A stretch of DNA of 64,000 nucleotides from Prolixibacteraceae bacterium. Its GTDB lineage: Bacteria > Bacteroidota > Bacteroidia > Bacteroidales > Prolixibacteraceae. A program made the translations under genes and the position numbers. This document shows, one piece after another, positions 19,696 to 28,400 of this stretch; the first letter of the stretch is position 1; each line of letters starts with the position of its first letter. The stretch covers positions 5,923 to 69,922 of the forward strand of contig JAUWAB010000012.1 in assembly GCA_030602265.1 (NCBI GenBank), in the 5' to 3' direction. The notes under the pieces were generated by a model, which searched no databases, was not told the origin of the DNA, and was given only the letters and a program-made list of their open reading frames with translations.

Positions 19696-21119
19696 GAGTA
19701 ACTTTGCATTTTTTCGTATTTAACTGAATTATAGACCAAACTAAGAAAACCTTTGATGTATATGCGGTTCAGACCAAATAACACCAATCCGGTAGCCATG
19801 ATCAGATAATCAACATAAGACCGACTGACCATATGACTCACCATGATTAATATTCCTACCGGCAAAACACTTATCAGGACCAAACATACCATTTGAAGAA
19901 CATTACTACCCTGCGCATTGGCAAAAGAATTTCTGGACAAATCCATCCTTTGGGAGAATTGAATCCCAACCAATAATATCAAAGGATTACAGACCCCCAA
20001 AACCATGGAAACATTGCCCAGAAATCGGATCAAATCAGGTATGTTTTCCGCCAGCACAGGTATGCAAACAGAGGAGCAGACCAGGGTAAACAGGGTGAGC
20101 AACCAATATTTAGCCGATATATACCCGGTAATACTTGTCTCCGAAGCATGCAAGAACGGGTAAATACCCATATCTATTGAGAAAAGATGATAACCTATTG
20201 AAAAAGCGGCTGCACCGTTCAGGCATGTCAGGAAGTAATAAGTAATTAAAGATTGATTATCACTTGTTTTAACTATTAATACCCATGAAAGAATGATCAC
20301 CAGCATAGTTGAAAAAAGCATGGAACGGGGCCTGGAATTTCTTACGATTGATTTATAAATCAACAACGTATAAGGAAGATACAACTCAAGGGATTTGTTT
20401 TTGCCTTGACGGGTTTCAATTGTAAAATTGGATTCCGGGTGGAAATAACGGTAAAGGTATGCCCTTACTACAACCAAATCCAATACGATGACAGAAGATA
20501 TTAACAAAATCAGCATACCGGAATTCCCTTCAGACATTCCGGACATAAATGACCAGCCTGGAATACTCAGTGATATGATTCCCCAAAATATCAGCATGAA
20601 AATTATGGAGATTACCATTGCAGCAGAACGGTGAACCATAAGCTTTGCAATTACGGCAACATAATCCAATAACAATACCAATAATATCCAGGAGAAATAA
20701 TCCAGCAACATAAGACCACCACTCTGTTCACCCACCAGAAGAGGAATAATCATGAGTATCCAAATCAGGTTAAAATGGTTAACAACTGATTTCCAATGTA
20801 CAAACCGGATGATGGTTTCTTTCTGAAGTGGTAAAACATTGAATGGCGGTATTACCGGATTAGTTATTGTCCTGAATAATATTCTCAATCCAAGATCCAG
20901 AGCAAATAAGGTAAGCCAATACTTGTTGATCAATTCCCGGACTAACCCGCCTAAAGCCAGTGGTCCGGAATTATTGTCTAAGAACAAAAACACGTAATAC
21001 ATGGCCTGCAGGTATATAAATGCGACTACCAGGAATTTGGGCAATGTATTCGTGTAAAAGCTTTGATCTCTGTAAACGGCAAGAATGTTCAACCGTGTCA
21101 ATATCAGAATTTTACTCAT
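19692..21119 (-). CDS. Polytopic membrane protein, probable permease partner of the adjacent ABC ATPase.
   Basis: 475-aa ORF that is very hydrophobic throughout (10 or more predicted helices by eye). It is translationally coupled to the ATPase. I did not recognise the family with confidence. It may be a DUF-type ABC-2-like permease. Confidence 0.65.
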   Translation of the reverse strand: MSKILILTRLNILAVYRDQSFYTNTLPKFLVVAFIYLQAMYYVFLFLDNNSGPLALGGLVRELINKYWLTLFALDLGLRILFRTITNPVIPPFNVLPLQKETIIRFVHWKSVVNHFNLIWILMIIPLLVGEQSGGLMLLDYFSWILLVLLLDYVAVIAKLMVHRSAAMVISIIFMLIFWGIISLSIPGWSFMSGMSEGNSGMLILLISSVIVLDLVVVRAYLYRYFHPESNFTIETRQGKNKSLELYLPYTLLIYKSIVRNSRPRSMLFSTMLVIILSWVLIVKTSDNQSLITYYFLTCLNGAAAFSIGYHLFSIDMGIYPFLHASETSITGYISAKYWLLTLFTLVCSSVCIPVLAENIPDLIRFLGNVSMVLGVCNPLILLVGIQFSQRMDLSRNSFANAQGSNVLQMVCLVLISVLPVGILIMVSHMVSRSYVDYLIMATGLVLFGLNRIYIKGFLSLVYNSVKYEKMQSYS

Positions 21120-21144
21120 AATATTCCGAATTACATGGGTAAGA

Positions 21145-21173
21145 GGGGATGGTTGTTTGCGACAACCATCCCC
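21145..21173 (-). promoter_or_regulatory. Perfect 12-bp stem-loop immediately downstream of the bacteriocin precursor gene.
   Basis: The sequence is GGGGATGGTTGT-ttgcg-ACAACCATCCCC. It lies about 15 nt after the precursor stop and about 25 nt before the next start codon. No U-tract follows on the transcribed strand. Confidence 0.55.
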
Positions 21174-21188
21174 GAATCACGCTATCCA

Positions 21189-21371
21189 CTAATCCAACAG
21201 CAAATAACACCCCAACATGGTTAAACCGCCCACAATGGGATTTAATCCGGATGCTATACCGGCAGCAATTGCATAAGCAGCGCATCCGCCATGCTGTGAC
21301 CAGCTGTGGTTGCTTGTCCACCAGCCACCACCATACATATTTTCCATGGTCTCAATAGACAGTGTTTTCAT
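21189..21371 (-). CDS. Double-glycine-leader class II bacteriocin precursor (cerein 7B/lactobin A-like core).
   Basis: The translation is MKTLSIETMENMYGG|GWWTSNHSWSQHGGCAAYAIAAGIASGLNPIVGGLTMLGCYLLLD. The leader has L(-12), M(-7), M(-4) and GG. The core is Gly/Ala-rich with two Cys. The gene heads a same-strand cluster that ends in a C39 ABC exporter. Confidence 0.8.
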   Translation of the reverse strand: MKTLSIETMENMYGGGWWTSNHSWSQHGGCAAYAIAAGIASGLNPIVGGLTMLGCYLLLD

Positions 21372-22025
21372 TTAATTAAGATTTGAGGTTATCCAGCCAC
21401 CACCCTGCCAACCCTCCCCCGGCCTATCGGGGAGATCAGCTGTTCCCACAGTCGGGCCATTGAAATACACGCCGGCTGACGGCAAAATATCTCAAAAACC
21501 TTCTAACTTCGCACCGGGCTTCATACGAAGCCTTCGCCTCCCCGGGCCGGGAACAAAATCGCAGCGTGAACCCCGGGGAGGCTCTTACACGAACTTATTC
21601 TTTCCAATAAATACCAGATTTCTCATCATATTTCAGTTCAGGGGTCATCCATTGTTAACCGGGGGTTACCAGTTTTTCAACAGTATAATTCTACAAGGAT
21701 AATAAATATTTTGTTTATGTGCAATACTCAGGTGCTCCAGGGGTCAACTTTTTTTATAAAGCTTATAATAAACTGAATAACAGGTGTTTAAATAGTTAAT
21801 CTTCAACCAGCATGAGTCTTCTACCTATCACCGGATTTCCTTTCGCCGTCGTTCTGCCGGAATGTACCTAAACCCGAATATTCACCTTCAAAGTACAGGC
21901 CTGCTGCCAGAACAAACCAGATTCTCTACCCTGATTATCGCCGGAAGGATCCCATGTGGTCAGATCTAAGGTATTAACTGTGGACCAATCCAAGGACAGG
22001 GTCTGATGCACCCCCAGCCAATTTC

Positions 22026-22052
22026 CTACCCATCTGTAATCCCTCCGGGATT
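22026..22052. repeat. 27-mer shared with 5144-5170.
   Basis: CTACCCATCTGTAATCCCTCCGGGATT here versus CTACCTATCTGTAATCCCTCCGGGATT at 5144-5170, which is 26 of 27 identical in the same orientation. Confidence 0.6.
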
Positions 22053-22141
22053 GACCGGATAAAAGTAACGTACTCCCCTACCCTTCAATAACGACCTGGA
22101 GAAAGTTTAATAACAAAAATTTTTAATTTTGTCCGGCTGTC

Positions 22142-25100
22142 CTACTCTTCAATTACGACCCTGAACCCGACATTAAATACCTTCTGATAATCCCGGTAAG
22201 GCAACCGGAAACTGGACGTCGCCCTGTACGGCCTGTCGTACCATGAACCTCCCCTGACTACCCGTTTCCCGATTTGGGTAACATCGTTACGCCCGTCATC
22301 TTCATTGTAGGGATAAGGCCTGTAGGCAGTCCGGGTCCACTCCCAGACATTCCCATGCATATCGTTCAGGTCAAAATAATTGGCCCTGTAGCGACCAACA
22401 CTTTCCGAAACAAAACCGCCATCATTGAAGAGTGTATCCCGCGGGATCCAGTCATCGTAAGGCCCCGGATTATCAATAATCCTGGTACTTTCATAGTTTT
22501 TATGGGCTGTACAGGCTGCATACTCTGCAAGCCTTTTGTCGCCCAGGTTGGCAAAAACTGAATAATCAGCTCCGAAATTTCCGAAAGAGTATGGGGTGTC
22601 CCTGCCGGCACGACAAGCCCATTCCCATTGCCCCTCAGTTGGAAGAGTAAACTTCCTTCCTGTCTTCTCACTCAGCCATTTACAGAAGTCCATGGCCTCC
22701 TTCCACGATATGCGTACTACCGGCTGATCGGGATGGTTCAACGGATAACCCTTTCTGCCAAACTGGTACCCATGCCGGTGTTCAACCCTTGAATCGTGTT
22801 CCGGATCGAACAGTGCATAAATCCGGTTGGTAATCTCAAACCGGCCCATCCAGAAAGCATCCACTTGTTGTTCGGTCCGTGGCATTTCATCCGGATGATC
22901 TGTACTCCCCATAAGGAAAGTTCCTCCGGGAATTTTTACCATATCAATGGAAACACCATCAGCAAGCGGGATGGAAACCTGATACTGTCCAAGGCCGATC
23001 TGCCTGTTCTCGATGACATTCCGATCCACCGGCCAGCCCGGTATGGCATCGACTCCCTTATTTAATGACCGTTTTTCCGGCATCTGCGGAACAATTCCTT
23101 CAGGGATTTCAGGCAAATCCTCGAGATCCGGTTCAATTACGTTAAACATTTCTGCATAGATCTTCCGCAGCCTTCGCGACTCTTCTGTTCTGTGATAGGT
23201 GCTGATATCCGATCTCCGGCCATGGAAGGGCGCATTCATATCAATCCAGCAGGCCAGTTTTTCGATTTCCTCCGGATGAAGTTGCACATTGTGATGGCCC
23301 TTGTTCAGCATCTGCATCAGCTCAGTCTGGTCGGCGTGGACATCCATGGGAACCAGCATATCCATGTCGCTCTCGATCCCGGGCCGGCGCACATACCGGT
23401 GCAGGTTGGCATAGGATACTGAGAAATTGCCGCCATACGAAGGATCAGCACGGCCGCTGATCTGGGATTTCCAGTCGGTAATCCGGGCAGTACCCACCAG
23501 GTTAATTAAATCCGGCCGCGTCGTATTATGGCATGAAACACAGGCCCTGTCCAGGATGGGCTGAACTTCATGGGCAAAACTGAAGCCCCTTGCCTTCCCG
23601 AACCACTCTTTGATTTCCTGCGGCTTTTTGCGGGCAGCCATACTCGGCCTGGGCGGCGGGACCCGGTACTTGTCCTCGTGGCAGCCAATACAGGAGAGGT
23701 TCTCACCCGGCATGGCCGTGAACCACGACCGCATCACCTGCAGAGCTTTCCCTTCGGAATCCAGAGGCTGGACGGCGATGGGTGTATTGGCAGGTACGAT
23801 AAACATGGCTGAGCCGTCAGTCTCGACATCGACGGTTCCAAGAATACGCTTTATATCCCACGGACCATCCATGCCTATGGTCCCAAGCAGTCCGCCCTGC
23901 CCCCAGGGACTGAAGCCGTAAGAAATTATCCGAAGCTTTTTGACTTCACCTCTTGGAATTCCTTTCAGGCCCCCGCCCTCATAAACATCCTGCATAAATA
24001 CGGATGCCTTATCGCTTGCCAGGTTTACCCTGTCGGGGATAACCGGAGGCGTGGGAACAGCTTCGGCCAGGATGGGTGCGATAAATGCACTGCCCTCACT
24101 TTCTGTGATCAGCGACATATTTCCATAAATATCCACCAGGTAGAGCCCCCATAAGGAAGTCGGGGTGGCTTTCACAGATACAATAAAATATTTTTCACTC
24201 AGCGGAAGGGGCTCCAGAAAATGGGGCCATACGCCGTCAGGCAGCCTGTCGCGCTCCAGCGGGACCACCTTCTTTCCGTAATGCGGAATTTCCGTTACCA
24301 CACCCTCTGCCTCTTTCCTCCCTAACACCGGGTCGATTACCAGCATGCGACCGCTGCGGGAAATGCTGTGGTGACCTCCGGCAATGCCCACAATGGCGGT
24401 ATTGTGGCCCGGAATAGGCCGGGCATTGAAAAAAGCCGCCGGAAAATAGGAGTTTGAACCGTAATAGGCTTGCTGGGTCGTTCCGTCGGGATTCATGCTG
24501 AAGAGTATCCTTGAGTTGGAATGGGGAAGATCTGCGTACTCCCAACGTTGATACAAAATCTGACCATTATTCATCACCACCGGGCCCCAGTTGCTGTCCT
24601 GGTCGAAGGTGAGCTGCCGGGTCTGACCTGTTTTCGGATTGTACAGGAATATGCCCGACATTTTGTTGCCTCCGTCGGTGCAGGGCAGTCCCATAAAAGT
24701 AGCGGTCGAACAAAATATGATCCGGTCGTCGGGTGTATAACAGGCATCGAAACTGTCAAAATCCTCATACGCCGGCGGAGTGATCTGCCTGATCAGGCGG
24801 GTGGCCATTTCCATTTCAAAAATATGCCACCTTCCGTTGGTTCCAATGGACGAAAACAGCATTCTGGTGCCACTGAAATGCATTTCCGGATCGGTAATGA
24901 TCATCCCTTTTTTGGGCCTGAACAAGGTCGAAACTGTCTGTTTGTCATTACTCAGGGTGAGTTTGATAAACTCATTATCCCAGTGAGTGGACGGATTTCC
25001 GATTTCAGAATTGTTCTGAAAATTGGAAGGTGCCAGTCCCAGGTTACCGCCCATTACAGACCTGGCGTTCTGACCAAAGTTGCGTTTGATCGCTATGATC

Positions 25101-25432
25101 GGTTTTCCCTGAATGAGCGGGTTCTTCAGAAGCTGTGCATCGAGCAGTTTTAAAAGCTCTGTTGCCTCTTTTACTGCTGTCTGGTCATTATTTTTAATAC
25201 CAGCAAGCAGATCAGGCTTCAGCTCCTTCATCCGCTGAAGGGCAGCCAAAGCCGGTTCCCCGGCCTTAAACTGATCCGGAAAACTCTTCTCCAGATCGTC
25301 TAATGCCATCCTGTACTGAACAGGATTAAAGGCACTTACTCTGTTTATCAGGTCTTTATTGGTACTCCCTGAAGAGGTTTCAAATGAAAACAAGACCGCA
25401 CACCACGCCAGGCAAACAATAGTCTTCTTCAT
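22142..25432 (-). CDS. Large exported protein: helical N-domain, beta-propeller-like region, two CxxCH haem-c motifs and a C-terminal FGE/SUMF1-like domain lacking the catalytic Cys pair.
   Basis: 1096-aa ORF with a signal peptide (CLAWCAVLFSF). The haem motifs are LSCIGCHEDKY and RACVSCHNTTR. The FGE-fold motifs are FWMGRFEITN, VVRISWKEAMDFCKWL, LPTEGQWEWACRAG, DMHGNVWEWT and VVRGGSWYDRPYRATSSFRLPY. The last has no Cys where true FGE has CxxxxC. Confidence 0.85.
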   Translation of the reverse strand: MKKTIVCLAWCAVLFSFETSSGSTNKDLINRVSAFNPVQYRMALDDLEKSFPDQFKAGEPALAALQRMKELKPDLLAGIKNNDQTAVKEATELLKLLDAQLLKNPLIQGKPIIAIKRNFGQNARSVMGGNLGLAPSNFQNNSEIGNPSTHWDNEFIKLTLSNDKQTVSTLFRPKKGMIITDPEMHFSGTRMLFSSIGTNGRWHIFEMEMATRLIRQITPPAYEDFDSFDACYTPDDRIIFCSTATFMGLPCTDGGNKMSGIFLYNPKTGQTRQLTFDQDSNWGPVVMNNGQILYQRWEYADLPHSNSRILFSMNPDGTTQQAYYGSNSYFPAAFFNARPIPGHNTAIVGIAGGHHSISRSGRMLVIDPVLGRKEAEGVVTEIPHYGKKVVPLERDRLPDGVWPHFLEPLPLSEKYFIVSVKATPTSLWGLYLVDIYGNMSLITESEGSAFIAPILAEAVPTPPVIPDRVNLASDKASVFMQDVYEGGGLKGIPRGEVKKLRIISYGFSPWGQGGLLGTIGMDGPWDIKRILGTVDVETDGSAMFIVPANTPIAVQPLDSEGKALQVMRSWFTAMPGENLSCIGCHEDKYRVPPPRPSMAARKKPQEIKEWFGKARGFSFAHEVQPILDRACVSCHNTTRPDLINLVGTARITDWKSQISGRADPSYGGNFSVSYANLHRYVRRPGIESDMDMLVPMDVHADQTELMQMLNKGHHNVQLHPEEIEKLACWIDMNAPFHGRRSDISTYHRTEESRRLRKIYAEMFNVIEPDLEDLPEIPEGIVPQMPEKRSLNKGVDAIPGWPVDRNVIENRQIGLGQYQVSIPLADGVSIDMVKIPGGTFLMGSTDHPDEMPRTEQQVDAFWMGRFEITNRIYALFDPEHDSRVEHRHGYQFGRKGYPLNHPDQPVVRISWKEAMDFCKWLSEKTGRKFTLPTEGQWEWACRAGRDTPYSFGNFGADYSVFANLGDKRLAEYAACTAHKNYESTRIIDNPGPYDDWIPRDTLFNDGGFVSESVGRYRANYFDLNDMHGNVWEWTRTAYRPYPYNEDDGRNDVTQIGKRVVRGGSWYDRPYRATSSFRLPYRDYQKVFNVGFRVVIEE

Positions 25433-25481
25433 AGTCTGTTCAATATTTGGTTAAGCTTGGAATTATTAAAAACAGCCGCTT

Positions 25482-28400
25482 TTATTCATCAATGATTATC
25501 CTGAAACCCACATTATAAACCTTCTGCCAGGGCAGATAGGATTTCCTGAAATAGGAGGTAGCCGTTTTGGGCGGATCAATCCATGAGCCTCCCCTGGCCA
25601 CTTTCTTGCCGCCTCCTGTCTGGTTCGTTTCTCTGGTAGGGTAAGGCAGATAATCACATCGTGTCCACTCCGATACGTTGCCATGCATATCGTAAAGTCC
25701 CCAGCGATTGGGCTTATAGAAACCCGGGGCCACGGTCAGCATGTTGCCATCATCAAAACGTTCATCCTTGGGATGCCAGGTAAAATAGGCATACCACGGA
25801 TTATTAGTCGCCATCGGTTGCGGATCCACCCCCGTCACCGCCATCTTGTTCATCTGGGAGTCGGACATATTTTCGTATGCCGAAAAGTCGGTATCGAAAC
25901 CGCCATACCAGAAAGGGGTATTGGTACCGGCCCTGCATGCCCATTCCCATTGCCTTTCCGTGGGCAGGTTTACGGGAAGTCCGGTTTTTTCGCTTAATTT
26001 TTTACAGAACTCCATGGCTTCATTCCAGGATACCCTGATAACAGGCTGTCCGGGCAAATTGGCCGGATACCCTTCATTGACATGGTCTTTCCATTGCTGA
26101 TCATGAAACCGGCTGTCGTGTCCAGGGAATAGTATCCTGAACTGTTCATTGGTGATTTCCGTTTCAGACATCCAGAAAGCCTTGTCTATTCTGACGACAT
26201 GTTCCGGAGAATAATCGGAGGGCGTTGTGTTGCTGCCCATTACAAACTCACCGGCCGGAATCCGCACAAAGTTCAGCTTAATGCCCGGAGCCATCTCCAC
26301 TACCTTTTTTGTATTTCCCCCGGGAACCATTGATTTTGCGGTTTTTTCAGTGAATGGAAAACCTTTCAGACGAACCCTTTCGAATTTTGGAGTAACCACT
26401 TTCGGCTTAACCGGTTCAGGCTTTGGCTGGCTGTTGAGGTATTGGGCATATGCCAGTATTTCGGCCCTCCAGTCGACCCCCATTCCGTTGGCATACTTAT
26501 TCGTCAGTTCAATTCTCCGGGAATACTGATCGAAGCCATTATAGGGTTCGGCAACAAAACTGCCGTGGTAGGGCGCGTTCAGGTCGATCCAGGTGTACAG
26601 TGTTTTCCACTCTTCGCTGGTCAGCTCTACGCCATGGTGCCCTCTTTGGAGCATTTGTACCAGTGGACTGGTTGAAACATGGTATTCATACGGATAAAGT
26701 ACTTTCATTCCGGCTTCCGGCCCCTGCCGGTGTATATATGGGTGCAGATCGAGATAACTCTTGCTGTATCTGCGGTTGCCCGGGACTTTCTCGTCAATGC
26801 GGCCTCCCAGGTAATTCCGGGTAAGCGGACCATTGTGGCAGGCAATGCAGGCCCTGTCGAGAATGGGCTGAATTTCCAGTTCAAAGGTGAAAGGCCTGAC
26901 ACCCCCTTTGGCCATCTCCAGTTTCCGGGCAGGTTTTCGCGAGGCCATGGCCATAACAGGCCGGGGAATCTGGTTCTGGTCTTCGTGGCATCCGACACAC
27001 GACACCACCTCCCCGGGCATTCCGGTCAGCCAGCTGCGCATCCATTGAATGGCCCTGCCATCCGAATCGAGGGGCTGTAAGGAAATGGGCGTATTGGCAG
27101 GTATGGTAAACATGGCCGAACCATCTTCTTCTACCGGAACTTCGCCTAATAAGCGCTTGATGTCCCAACCGCTCTGAATTCCCTGTGCAAGATGGTCGGA
27201 TACCGACCGGTTATAAGCATATTCATAGGCAAATACCCGTAAAGACTTTACTGTTCCTTTCGGCACTCCGGGTAATCCTTCGCCTTCATAGATATCCTGA
27301 ATAAATACGGTGGCATCTTTCTTAGTCAGGTTCACTTTCTCAGGAATTACCGGAGGTACCGGCTTCTTCCGGATAGGTATTCCGTGAATAAATCCTTCGC
27401 CTTCCTGTTCTTTGATCAGGGTAAGATTGTCGAATACATCGACCAGATACAGGCCCCACAGACCTTCAGGACTTAATTTGGCCGTTACCAGGAAGTACTT
27501 GTCGTTTATCGGGTAAGGTTTGATAAACTGCGGATAAACTCCGTCCACCATATGATCCTTCACTATGGGTATGATCGGCCGTTTGCTGAAAGGCATTTCC
27601 TGAACCATCCCCCGCTCTTCCTTCCGGTCCATGGCAGGATCGAAAAGGATCAGCCGTCCACTCCTCACGACTCCGTGGTGACCCGAAATGATGCCAACGA
27701 ACCGGGTAGGATGGTTGGGAATGGGCTGGACATCCATTATGCTGGTCGGAAAAACCGATCCGCTTCCATACAGCGACCGCTGCTCGGTCCCATCGGGATT
27801 CATATGCATGACAATCCTCGAAAAGTAATGGGTCAGGTCGGTATATTCCCACCGGACATACATAATCCTGCCGTTGTTCATCACAACCGGATGCCAGTTG
27901 GCGTCCTGGTCGAAGGTCAGCCGGCGGAGATCACCGTCCTCAGGATTATACAGCACCATATTCCCGACCGCATCACTGCCGTTCACACAGGGCACTGCCT
28001 GATAACCGATATTGGATACGGCAATCACCTTGTTGTTGGGCAGATAACAGGCATCCACAAACTCGAGGTCCGGTTCGTCAGTTTGAATTACTTTGCGCAG
28101 GCCTTCGCCATTTAAACCCACCTCGAAAACCTGCCATTTTTTGCTGTCATCGACTTTCGAAAACATAAGTCTCTCGGCGTCCCAATGCAGTTTCAGGTCC
28201 GGGACTGAAGAACCATTGGCAGGTTTAAAAATGGTACGGTATTGTAAATCACCCTGCAGATTGGAGATTTCGGCGATTTCGGCATTAAAGCCAGTACGCC
28301 GCGCCGACAACTGATTCGACCAGTTATTGGGCTGGGTTCCCAGTGCCGAAGGATTATCCACTCTGGCGGTGGCACCCATATCATACCGGCCTACCAGAAT

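Noticed and set aside
21112-21358. Track ORFs 21112-21321 (-) and 21149-21358 (+), which overlap the precursor gene.
   Set aside because: They are alternative frames of the same DNA with no leader or motif. The 21189-21371 frame has the GG-leader signature and fits the operon context.
21383-21460. Possible second or degenerate bacteriocin gene. The 12-mer GGTGGTGGCTGG (minus strand, 21393-21404) is identical to the GGGW-coding stretch of the real precursor (21321-21332).
   Set aside because: The frame that reads ...GGGLAGWWLDNLKS has no start codon and is preceded by in-frame stops. The only ATG-initiated frame gives a 23-aa Arg/Gly-rich peptide with no leader. Similarity does not extend beyond the 12-mer.
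21871-22056. Start-less 62-codon open frame on the minus strand (...RRDYRWVGNWLGVHQTLSLDWSTVNTLDLTTWDPSGDNQGRESGLFWQQACTLKVNIRV-stop).
   Set aside because: It has no start codon, stops lie immediately upstream, and I recognise no motif. At most it is a decayed gene remnant, and I cannot support a pseudogene call.
24521-25153. Long antisense ORFs inside large genes. Examples are 24521-25153, 27552-28115, 14995-15615, 7081-7713, 32186-32776, 37145-37666, 37679-38203 and 1626-2057.
   Set aside because: Each lies opposite a longer frame with clear domain motifs. Their products are Arg/Pro/Gly/His-rich, as is typical of antisense frames in about 50 percent GC DNA.
24900-25432. Calling the two giant proteins genuine formylglycine-generating (sulfatase-maturing) enzymes.
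   Set aside because: The FGE-like C-terminal domains (located at the 22142 and 25482 ends of the genes) lack the conserved catalytic Cys pair after RGGSW. No sulfatase gene is nearby, and each FGE-like domain is only the last ~300 aa of a >1000-aa multidomain protein.
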